A DNA stretch of 63,629 nt, filler included, from Collodictyon triciliatum (taxonomy: Eukaryota), in the NCBI GenBank assembly GCA_043381765.1. It is 12 parts of 12 records of this genome, joined end to end, with 100 filler letters (N's around TTAATTAATTAA, not from the genome) between each part and the next. Parts side by side here need not be neighbours in the genome. Positions count along the whole stretch, not along the records: positions 23,274 to 28,513 come from JBHJMP010005353.1; positions 28,614 to 33,852 come from JBHJMP010005354.1; 10 more parts are not named here. One strand, 5' to 3'. Under the pieces are notes generated by a model. That model made no database searches. It was given only the letters and a program-made list of their open reading frames with translations, and was not told the origin of the DNA. Positions 23,847-33,952 of the stretch are shown in pieces. Made by a program: the position numbers and the translations under genes. Position 1 is the stretch's first letter, and the number at the start of each line of letters is the position of its first letter.

Positions 23847-26800
23847 TATTATTATTATCATCATCTCGTAACACAAAGTTTTCTGCTTTTGCAAACCACT
23901 CAGCAGCTCTCTCGGTGTCCTTCTCAACACTCCATCCATTCTCATAGCATTCAGCAATAATAGAAACAGCCTGTGGATATTTGTGTTCACCATAATCCTC
24001 GTCTACAATTTCAGCCATTTCTTTCAAGACATTGAATGCCTCTTTTGAACCTTGTTGTGCGTGTTGCTTCATTTTGTCAAAGTTTCCAGTCTTTTTTAGC
24101 CATTCAGCTACTTTCTCGATGTCCTTCTCAACACCCCATCCATTCTCATAGCATTCAGCAACAATAGAAACAGCCTGTGGATATTTGTATTTTTCACCAA
24201 TTTTGTCTCCATACTCCAGAATATCCTTCTTCATTTCAGCCATTTCTTTCAAAACATTGAATGCCTCCTTTGAGCCTTGTTGTGCGTGTTGCTTCAGTTT
24301 GTCAAATTTTTCAGCTTTTCCAAGCCACTCGATAGCTCTCTCGGTGTCCTTCTCAACATCCCATCCATTCTCATAGCATTCAGCCATCATTTGAGCCTGG
24401 AACGTGGTGAACTCACCCTGCTCACAATAGGCAGCAAAGTCCGCATCAAAGGAAGCAGCACCCTCTTGCAGGAATAGTTTCTTGTTCATTGCATCCAGTT
24501 CAGCTCTGTTGATATGAGTGTTCGCAGCTTCAAGCTTTCTTGGGCCGATAATTCGAACAGTTCTCACGTTCATTATTCTGCTTGTATCAATCATATTCAT
24601 CGCATCACTTGTACTATTGAATACTGTGATGACTTCTGGTTTATCTTTCATGACCAATTGGCTCTTCTCATTGTAGGTCGCTTCTGATATTTTCAGGCTG
24701 TGTATTTGGTTTCCTGTGGCTACATCCCAAATGCGTATCGTGCTATCTCCACTTCCAGAAGCCAGCCAATTTTCACCATTCGGTCCTTGAATACTGCAAA
24801 CACTCATGACAATATTTGTATGACCTTCTAATGTTTTGATTTGGTTTCCTGTGGCTACATCCCAAATACGTATTGTATTATCTCGACTTCCAGAAGCTAA
24901 CCAATTTTCACGATTCGGTCCTTGAATACTGCAAACACTCTTGACATCATCTGTATGACCCTCTAATGTTTTGATTCGGTTTCCTGTGGATACATCCCAA
25001 ATACGTATTGTTTTATCATAACTTCCAGAAGCCAGCCAATTTTCACCATTCGCTCCTTGAATACTGCAAACACTATTGACTGGCTCTGTATGACCTTCTA
25101 ATGTTTTGATTTGGTTCCCTGTGGCTACATCCCAAATACGTATTGTATTATCAACACCTCCAGAAGCCAACCACTTTTCACCATTCGGACCTTGAATACT
25201 GCAAACACTCATGACCCAGCTTGTATGACCTTCTAATGTTTTGATTTGATTTCCTGTGGATACATTCCAAATACGTATTGTTGTATCATAACTTCCAGAA
25301 GCCAGCCAATTTTCACCATTCGGACCTTGAATACTGCAAACACTACTGACATAATGTGTATGTCCTTCTAATGTTTTGATATGGTTTCCTGTAGCTACAT
25401 CCCAAATACGTATTGTATTATCTTCACCTCCAGAAGCCAACCACTTTTCACCATTCGGCCCTTGAATACTGCAAACACTCATGACCCAGCTTGTATGACC
25501 TTCTAATGTTTTGATTTGATTTCCTGTGGATACATCCCAAATACGTATTGTTTCATCACGACTTCCAGAACCTAGCCACTTTTCACCATTCGGTCCTTGA
25601 ATACTGCAAACGCTGACGACAGCTTCTGTATGTCCTTCTAATGTTTTGATTTGGCTTCCTGTGGATACATCCCAAATACGTATTGTCTTGTCTTCACCTC
25701 CAGAAGCCAGCCATTTTTCACCATTCGGTCCGTGAATGCTGCAAACACTCATGACAGCACTTGTATGTCCTTCTAATGTTTTGATTCGGCTTCCTGTGGA
25801 TACATCCCAAATACGTATCGTCTTATCATGACTTCCAGAAGCCAACCAATTTTCACCATTCGCTCCTTGAATACTGCAAACACTATTGACTGGCTCTGAA
25901 TGGCCTTCTAATGTTTTTATTTGGCTTCCTGTGGCTACATCCCAAATACGTAATGTTTTATCATAACTTCCAGAAGCCAACCAGTTTTCACCATTCGGTC
26001 CTTGAATACTGCAAACACGATAGACAGCGCTTGTATGTCCTTCTAATATTTTGATATGGTTTCCTGTGGCTACGTCCCAAATACGTATTGATTCATCACC
26101 ACTTCCAGAAGCCAACCACTTTTCACCATTCGGTCCTTGAATACTGCAAATACTCTTGACATCATCTGTATGACCCTCTAATGTTTTGATTCGGTTTCCT
26201 GTGGATACATCCCAAATACGTATTGTTTTATCACCACTTCCAGAAGCTAACCAATTTTCACCATTCGGTCCTTGAATACTGCAAACACTCATGACTGGCT
26301 CTGTATGACCTTCTAATGTTTTGATATGGCTTCCTGTGGATACATCCCAAATACGTATTGATTCATCATCACTTCCAGAAGCCAGCCAATTTTCACCATT
26401 CGTAACTTGAATACTGCAAACACTATTGACTGGCTCTGAATGGCCTTCTAATGTTTTTATTTGGCTTCCTGTGGCTACATCCCAAATACGTAATGTTTCA
26501 TCACGGCTTCCAGAAGCCAGCCAATTTTCACCATTCGGTCCTTGAATACTGCAAACACTATTGACAGAACTTGTATGTCCCAAAAACAAAGGCAAGCGAC
26601 CAAAATTAACGCCTTTCATATTTGCATGATCAAAAACACAGTTGGAAATGCACGCATTATAGAACAAAACACCCTCCAAGTTGGCACCAGTGAAGTCAGC
26701 ACCATCAGCAACAGACTGTGACATATCGGCATCTGGAATTTGAATCCCTCTGAAATCCATTCCACTGAATGAAACATCAGCATAGTTCAGAATTGTGATG

Positions 26801-28513
26801 GCATTTGATGCAGCTTGCGCTTTGCTTGCATCTACCTTGGACTGCTCAATAATTGAAAACAGATTGTCTTTGTAGGCATTGTCTTTGTTCACTTTTTCAC
26901 TCAGGTTGAGCAGAATGGCAGGCTCAAGCTTTTTATCCAGAACATTTGTCTTCACTTTTGATTTCATCACAGAATGAACAGCATTGAAAAGCTTGAAGCT
27001 TGGTGATTTCGCATCAGATTTTTCAGGCATAGAATTCGCGGCTTCAGAGGACTTTGGAACATTTTGAGCTTCAGTTGATGGTTGGGTAGTATCTTGATTT
27101 TCGCCACCGGAACCATTGATTTCATCTTTGATGTATTCAGCAGCAAAGAATTCGTAGAGCGATTTGTGGAAGAACTCATACGTTGTGGCACTAGATTTCT
27201 TAATGGGTGCACATCGCAATACAAAGACAGAGTAAGTTGGCTCACCATCAATCATATGGTTTGGATTAGGATGGAAAAATTCGTCATATTCGTGCTTCTT
27301 TGCTTTCCCCTCAACTTTGTCGTACTCCAAAGCAAGATGGCCTTTCTGGAACATGACTTCCGCAATATCTTTGCACTTCACCCATAGCAATGCTGGCAAA
27401 TCCTGAGGCATTTTCTGTTTCAATGACAAATTTTCTTCAAGCTTTTCTTTTTCGCGCTCAAACCAACTCTCAGAGAACTTCTTTAGAAAGTCTGTTCGCA
27501 GCATCTTTGCGTTATCTTTTGACTTCGACTCAGCTCTTTCCTTCAGTATGGACGGCAGGGTGGTGGCTGCCATGAAAATCATAAACGGAGTGACGGCCAA
27601 TTCGTCTAGCTCCTTGATTTTCTTCAACTCTTCCTCATACTTTTCTCCTTTTTCCCATCCTTCAATGGGATTTCTCTCAGCATACTTGTTGAAGTAATCA
27701 AGCCTTTGCTTAGTTTCAAAAGGTCTTAGATATATTTCATCCAGAGAGTATCCATGACTGGCTTTGGGTGCAAATAGCGATTGGTACTGAGATTTTTTGT
27801 CCAAAAACTGCTTTCGGCATCCAATCACAAACTTGCAGTTGGGCCATTCTTCAAGCTTATTTGAAATATAGAAAGATGTACCATTATCTTCAATCTCATC
27901 ATAACCATCCAGAAAAATGATGAATTTCATCTTTTTCAATTCTTTTATTTGGTCGATTCGAAAATCAGAGTCTGGGATGTAGAAGCTGTTTTTACTCTCA
28001 GAATGAAGCAGTTCCTCGATGGCGTTTTCTCTGGGCTTTTCCAATGAAGTGAGCGCAGCATACAAAGGAATATGCGTTCCGTATTTATGTTTATACTTTT
28101 CCCAAAGCAATCGCACAATAAACTGCTGTAACCATGATTTTCCAGAGCCAGAATCGCCAAGTATGAGCAGCACTTTTTCATTTCCAGATGTGATGAAATT
28201 CAGGATGTATTCTTGGGCATCAAACACTTTTCCTTTCTCAGCAACTCTTTCGGCTTGACCGGGAATATATGTGTTAAAACGACTTTTGAATTCTTCATTT
28301 CGAATGGTCTCCTCCTTGATATTCTCGACGATTTCTTGAATTGTTCTTTCGTCTTTACCAGCTTTTTCAAAAAGTGCAGTAGGTAATTTTGACTCTTTTG
28401 GCTTATATTTTGCCATTTCTTGCTTTTTTGATTCCACAAATCGATTAATAACCTCACTTTTCAACCATTTTTCATGACGTGTGATATGCTCCATTAATTC
28501 ACGGACTTTTTGT
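23791..28513 (-). CDS. NLR-like STAND protein: NACHT, pentapeptide repeats, 14 WD40 repeats, 3 SEL1-like repeats; 5'-truncated at the scaffold edge
   Basis: Walker A GDSGSGKS, Walker B IIFLDGYDE, FFHKSLYEFFAA, AASNAITILN followed by pentapeptides, 14 GH...WD units, and three AECYENGWxVEKD repeats. The frame stays open to the scaffold end; no introns. Confidence 0.93.
24700..26580 (-). repeat. 14 highly similar 135-bp (45-aa) WD40 coding repeats
   Basis: 135-bp periodicity (e.g. ATCCCAAAT at ~24724 and ~24859). Confidence 0.95.
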
Positions 28514-28613
28514 NNNNNNNNNNNNNNNNNNNNNNNNNNNNNNNNNNNNNNNNNNNNTTAATTAATTAANNNNNNNNNNNNNNNNNNNNNNNNNNNNNNN
28601 NNNNNNNNNNNNN

Positions 28614-28730
28614 GTTGGGGTTGGATGTTATACGTTGTGTCTGGAGAGTGGCTGGGGGTTATATAGGGTGGGGTGGGGAGGGAGTTGTCTGCGGCGACTT
28701 TTCGGCTTTTCGAATGCGGGCTAGGTATTG
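28614..28730 (-). promoter_or_regulatory. Promoter/5'UTR of a third M12 protease copy whose CDS lies beyond the scaffold edge
   Basis: Near-identical to 31083-31190, including the TATA box. It ends just before the expected ATG. Confidence 0.8.
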
Positions 28731-29696
28731 TCCGACCAATGTTCCAGAGGGGTGGTCGGGTGCAATCCTCGATAGGAAGACACATATGAGTGGTCGTTGA
28801 ACTCGTGTTGATTCCGCCGAGGGTGTCGTTTGTGACACGCGGTCGTGTGCACCGTGAGGGGCTGCAGGTTCGACTCTTATGGTTGAATACAACCGAAGGG
28901 GATGGGACAGCCTCGCTCGTGGTGCGCCTGGTACTGCAAGGAACCCCGCGCGAGGAAAGGAAATTCCCACGTATATATTCGCAGCGACCTAGCACCTCTC
29001 AACTTATAGGATTCATTTCTTCTTTTATCGTGGTGCGGCTAGTGGGTTCTATTTGTTGCTAAATTTTATAATTTATTGCTAAAATATGATATAATTGACT
29101 ATTGTTCGTGAGAATCTACTATTAATTACTATTAACCACTCACATAACAGCGGATTTCAGATGGTAATAAGTGTATGATATAAATTGTTCAGTTACAATA
29201 TAATCCAATTTTGAAATGTAAAAATAATTAATTAAAATCATATATACGATTAAAAAATTTAAATTAATTATACTCCAATATTGCACATACAAATCTGGAA
29301 AATAAATGATGCTCTTCTGCTTTGACAGGATCGATTTTCATGCCTGCCAAGCAAAATTGCTGGTGGCACTGAGTATGGCGCTCAAGATGGGGTTGTTTCT
29401 CGCGCCTTGGTGATTCTGCTGAAATTGAAGACCGCTCACAAGGGCACGAGATCCTAGCGCCCCACAACATCAGAGGAATAAAGATGAGGTCCCGAGTGAA
29501 AGAGAGCGACAGTGAGGGCACAATACCATATCCACTAGTCATCGGCCCCATTTTGACATGGAACCACAGAGGATGGGATGAGTCACAACCTAGCCAGACA
29601 GAGGTTTAGTCTCGCTCATGAGAAATCTTTGGTCTGGTTTGGTTTATTTTGACATCACAGACCAGGCGATTACGCAAAGTCTAGCAGAAAGTTCAC

Positions 29697-31079
29697 TTAG
29701 CAGGTAAGGTTCTTGATGAAGCCGGTGACCTCGCTGATTGTGCGCGAGTGGAAGGCCATCTGGATGTTTGTCAGTCCACCAGAGCACTGATGGCAATACG
29801 ACATGATTGTTCCGCGGGTGGCGCTGCAGCCGGGGGTGGAGCCGCAGTAGTCAGCAGGAGGGTTAAGCTCGTGGGTGTGCGAACCTCCGAAGACGTGGCC
29901 GACCTCGTGGGCGAACACGTAGATGTCCCAGTTCTGTCCGTTGTAGTTCTGGACTGGGGTGGGGAAGTAGCCGACCATGTTGCCGTTGATGGCGTAGGCA
30001 TAGTTGGTGTTGCAGAGGACGCGAACATAGGCGATGCCTCCACCAAGATTCTTGGCAGAGACAAGGGCGGCCAGCGAGCGGCTGGGTGTGCTGGGGCTCC
30101 AGGTGCGACGCATGTAGTCCAGAGCCTGCGAGGCAGAGCAGCAAGGGTAGCCGTCGGGGCTGGTGAAGATCTTCATGTAGACAGAGGAGAGGCCTGATGC
30201 GAAGTCGCGGGCGTAGATCGAGTGGGTGGCACCAATCAGTGTCGAGTAGAAGCTGGCAGTGGCGTCGTAGCTGGAACTCTTCTTGCGGTACATGTCGTAG
30301 TCGACATCAGAGGCGACGCGGAAGACACGGCGAGTGCGACCATCAGCGGTGGTTCCAACAACCTCGGAGTACTGCATCATGGCCTCGCTGGGAACCGAGA
30401 GCGAGTCCGTTCCGTGGGTGGGGAAGTTGGGCATCTGGATGTTCATGCCAGTGGCCTCAAAGACAACAGAGGCGCGGACATTGGCGTTGGTGGACGACAG
30501 AGCGACAGCTTGCTTGCCAAGAAGGCTCACATACTCATCCATGCGCAGCTGGTCGGCGCTGATGTTCTCCTGCTCGTGTGGCTGCGACTCCCAGGGAGTG
30601 GACAGGATGAACGTGCGGTTGCCAATCTGAGCATACCCGTTCGAGCCGTGCACACTCAGGGACAGGAACACGTACGAGCCCTCGGCCTCGGCAGTAGCCA
30701 GGGTGCGGCCCTCCAGAGCAGAGAGCTTTCCGTGGAGCAGCATGACGCTGGCGGCCTTCTCGGCATCGCCTCCATCAGCCTCGGCAACGACGGAGAAGCG
30801 CTCCAGCGACAGGTCAGCCTCAACACCGACACCCAGAGGGAAGGCGGCCACGCGGAGTGGCTGGTTGAGGGGGACGCTGGCAAGGCCGGCTCCGGTGCGA
30901 AGAGTCTCGGAGAGGACCAGGCACAGACCACGGCCGCTGGGGTCGCGGCCGCAGCGGCTGAAGGGCGAGGCAACAGTCAGAACCTGGCTGCTGCTGGCGG
31001 GGCGGAAGGGGACGCTCAGGACGGCGCTGAGGGCGGCCAGGAGGACGAGGCCGACGGCGAGGGAGGAGCGGCGGACCAT
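29697..31079 (-). CDS. Secreted M12 (reprolysin-like) zinc metalloprotease, copy 1, intronless
   Basis: Signal peptide, HEVGHVFGGSH (HExxHxxGxxH), Met-turn GTIMSYC, and an upstream TATA box. Confidence 0.93.
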   Translation of the reverse strand: MVRRSSLAVGLVLLAALSAVLSVPFRPASSSQVLTVASPFSRCGRDPSGRGLCLVLSETLRTGAGLASVPLNQPLRVAAFPLGVGVEADLSLERFSVVAEADGGDAEKAASVMLLHGKLSALEGRTLATAEAEGSYVFLSLSVHGSNGYAQIGNRTFILSTPWESQPHEQENISADQLRMDEYVSLLGKQAVALSSTNANVRASVVFEATGMNIQMPNFPTHGTDSLSVPSEAMMQYSEVVGTTADGRTRRVFRVASDVDYDMYRKKSSSYDATASFYSTLIGATHSIYARDFASGLSSVYMKIFTSPDGYPCCSASQALDYMRRTWSPSTPSRSLAALVSAKNLGGGIAYVRVLCNTNYAYAINGNMVGYFPTPVQNYNGQNWDIYVFAHEVGHVFGGSHTHELNPPADYCGSTPGCSATRGTIMSYCHQCSGGLTNIQMAFHSRTISEVTGFIKNLTC

Positions 31080-31127
31080 TCTGTTGGGGTTGGATGTTTT
31101 ACATTGTGTTTGGAGAGTGGCTGGGGG

Positions 31128-31137
31128 TTATATAGGG
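31128..31137 (-). promoter_or_regulatory. TATA box of M12 protease copy 1
   Basis: CCCTATATAA ~50 nt upstream of the ATG, conserved in the paralogous promoter. Confidence 0.75.
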
Positions 31138-31781
31138 TGGGGTGGGGAGGGAGTTGTCTGCAGCGACTTTTCGGCTTTTTGAATGCGGTTCGCTGATTGT
31201 CCGACCATAGTGTCTGGTTGGCGAAGTCGGTGGGAATAGTCCTGTGACACACGTACGGGTTTGTCCATTTTGGCAACTGGGGCCTGCGGTCTGCTCTCCA
31301 TCGTTTTTCATTGTGAACAGAATACATGCAATGGAACTGGCTGCGTGGTGGGACGAGGCATTAAGTACCCGACTGTCTTTTTTGTTGCTATTTATACCGA
31401 CTAACCATATTTTGTTTCTTTTTTATAGCGCAGTCGCCCCAGTCCCTTTTTCTTGCAATGTTTTTGATTGGCCCTTCGTGTGGTGCGGCTCAAGTGCGCT
31501 ATTCGGTGCTAAAATTGACTAAAATAGCTATTATTATCTATTTCACGATATAAACAGCTATATATTGCTATATGTCAATTTTTAGGAACTTACACCTTCC
31601 CATCAATCTATGTGCTTATATCATAAAAATGTGGTATCACACACATATTTTGTATATTTCTTACAATATATTTGATATATCAATTCACTGTGTCCGATAT
31701 AATATTCAAATTGTACATAATCAACAAATATCCGCATATATCTACCTAATGTGGAAAATAGTATTTTTTTTGCATACCGGG

Positions 31782-32282
31782 CAGTTTTCTGTCGTGCATC
31801 CCAACCACGCCAAGAGTATTCTACCCACAGACCAGGGTCAGCGCGCCTGGGTGATAGATTCCAAGCGCAGAGTAAGATACAAAGTAATATATTTCAAAAA
31901 AAATCAGGACAAATGGTTCAATATTTTAGTTTTACACCAGAATACGCAAAGAGTAAGATCAGGGCACCTCACTCGGTGCCATGCAAACTTTCTTAACGGC
32001 TTTCTTCGCCACTTGCACGTTCTCTACTACTCAGACCCTGTGAGAAGAGAGATGTGGAAGGAGGCCGAGAAAGAGATTAAACCTCGCCTTGTCTCTCTCC
32101 TGCAGGCGCAAGACCCATGCTACAAGTCAAAAAGCTGGATGCAATTCCTGATTATCGAGTACTTCTCCGCCACCCTGCCACCAAGTAGTGTCCATGCAAC
32201 CGATGGCTACCGAACCAAAGTGAAAACCATCATCTTACACAGACCAATAGGAGGAACAGATAATGTAAAAAAAAAAAAAAAA
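31782..32282 (+). mobile_element. Probable truncated non-LTR retrotransposon 3' end, related to 20282-20649
   Basis: FLNGFLRHLHVLYYSDPVRREMW, GTAGTGTC shared with the other copy at its stop position, and poly(A) at 32267-32282. Confidence 0.5.
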
Positions 32283-32877
32283 TTACGCTGCCAGTTGTGA
32301 ATAAATGTCATCCACCGCCATGACCTTCCTCTTTGAACGAACGGGACCATAAAAAAACCAAAGAAATTGAAAGGAGAATACAAAAGCATCCAACAGAATA
32401 CAAAAGAAAAGTAAACAAACTGAAAGAAAAACAAAACTCAACAAAAAAAAAAAAAAAGAGATCATATAATCAGAGTTCTTCACCTGCTACCCCTCTTTTG
32501 GGAAGAATTATAAAACTCATGCGTTCAAGAATACAAGTTTTGTGTGTAAGGATAATACCGCTGGAGTCAAGGCCCATGGCCAAGACTGTGGCGAGCTATA
32601 AAAATTGAAAGAAAAAAGAGAAGGTAAAGAGGACGCATGCTGAGTTATTTTAGTCGAATAAATATAAAATAACAAAATAGATGGATAAAAAGAGGAAAAT
32701 TTATAACGAGGAGACGGAGCACTGGGGCGCCCATCCCAACCAGCTCTACGGCATAACATAGATCAAAACCCAGGTCAGACAGAGGTTTAATCTCGCTCAT
32801 GAGAAATCTTGGGTCTGGTTTGGTTTATTTTGACATCACAGACCAGGCGATTACGCAAAGTCTAGCAGAAAGTTCAC

Positions 32878-33852
32878 TTAGCAGGTAAGGTTCTTGATGA
32901 AGCTGGTGACCTCGCTGATTGTGCGCGAGTGGAAGGCCATCTGGATGTTCGTCATTCCACCAGAGCACTGATGGCAGTACGACATGATTGTTCCGCGGGT
33001 GGCGCCGCAGCCGGGGGTGGAGCCGCAGTAGTCGGCAGGAGGGTTGAGCTCGTGGGTGTGCGAGGCTCCGAAGACGTGGCCGACCTCGTGGGTGAAGACG
33101 ATGATGTCCCAGTTCTGGCTGTTGTAGTTCTGGACTGGGGTGGGGAAGTAGCCGACCATGTTGCCGTTGATGGCATAGGCATAGTTGGTGTTGCAGAGGA
33201 CGCGGTAGTAGGCGATGCCTCCACCAAGATTCTTGGCAGAGACCAGAGCGGCCAGCGAGCGGCTGGGTGTGCTGGGGCTCCAGGTGCGGCGCATGTAGTC
33301 CAGAGCCTGCGAGGACGAGCAGCAAGGGTAGCCGTCGGGGCTGGTAAAGATCTTCATGTAGACAGAGGTGAGGCCAGACGAGAAGTCGCGGGCGTAGATC
33401 GAGTGGGTGGCACCAATCAGTGTCGAGTAGAAGCTGGCAGTGGCGTCGTAGTTGGAGCCCTTCTTGCGGTACATGTCGTAGTCGACGTCAGAGGCGACAC
33501 GGAAGACACGACGGAGGCGACCATCAGCGGTGGTTCCAACAACCTCGGAGTACTGGGACAGAACCTCGCTGGGGGCAGAGAGCGAGTCCAGGCCGTGATT
33601 GGGGAAGATGGGCATCTGAATGTTCATGCCAGTGGCCTCGTAGACAACAGAGGCGCGGACATTGGCGTTGGTGGACGACAGAGCGACAGCCTGCTCACCA
33701 AGGGCGGTAACGTACTCGTCAATCTTCACTTGTTCGTAGCTCATCTTCTCCTGCTCGTGTGGCTGCGACTCCCAGGGAGTGGACAGGATGAACGTGCGGT
33801 TGCCAATCTGAGCATACCCGTTCGAGCCGTGCACACTCAGGGACAGGAACAC
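32878..33852 (-). CDS. M12 zinc metalloprotease, copy 2 (5'-truncated at the scaffold edge)
   Basis: Close paralogue of copy 1 with HEVGHVFGASH and a near-identical ~100-nt 3'UTR. Confidence 0.92.
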   Translation of the reverse strand: MFLSLSVHGSNGYAQIGNRTFILSTPWESQPHEQEKMSYEQVKIDEYVTALGEQAVALSSTNANVRASVVYEATGMNIQMPIFPNHGLDSLSAPSEVLSQYSEVVGTTADGRLRRVFRVASDVDYDMYRKKGSNYDATASFYSTLIGATHSIYARDFSSGLTSVYMKIFTSPDGYPCCSSSQALDYMRRTWSPSTPSRSLAALVSAKNLGGGIAYYRVLCNTNYAYAINGNMVGYFPTPVQNYNSQNWDIIVFTHEVGHVFGASHTHELNPPADYCGSTPGCGATRGTIMSYCHQCSGGMTNIQMAFHSRTISEVTSFIKNLTC

Positions 33853-33952
33853 NNNNNNNNNNNNNNNNNNNNNNNNNNNNNNNNNNNNNNNNNNNNTTAA
33901 TTAATTAANNNNNNNNNNNNNNNNNNNNNNNNNNNNNNNNNNNNNNNNNNNN

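Noticed and set aside
31869-31959. AGAGTAAGAT direct repeat as a target-site duplication
   Set aside because: It is equally explained by a 69-nt GT-AG intron-like segment (31872-31940) or a local duplication, and cannot be resolved here.
29748-33900. Long plus-strand ORFs opposite the M12 proteases
   Set aside because: These are antisense shadows of GC-rich codon usage.
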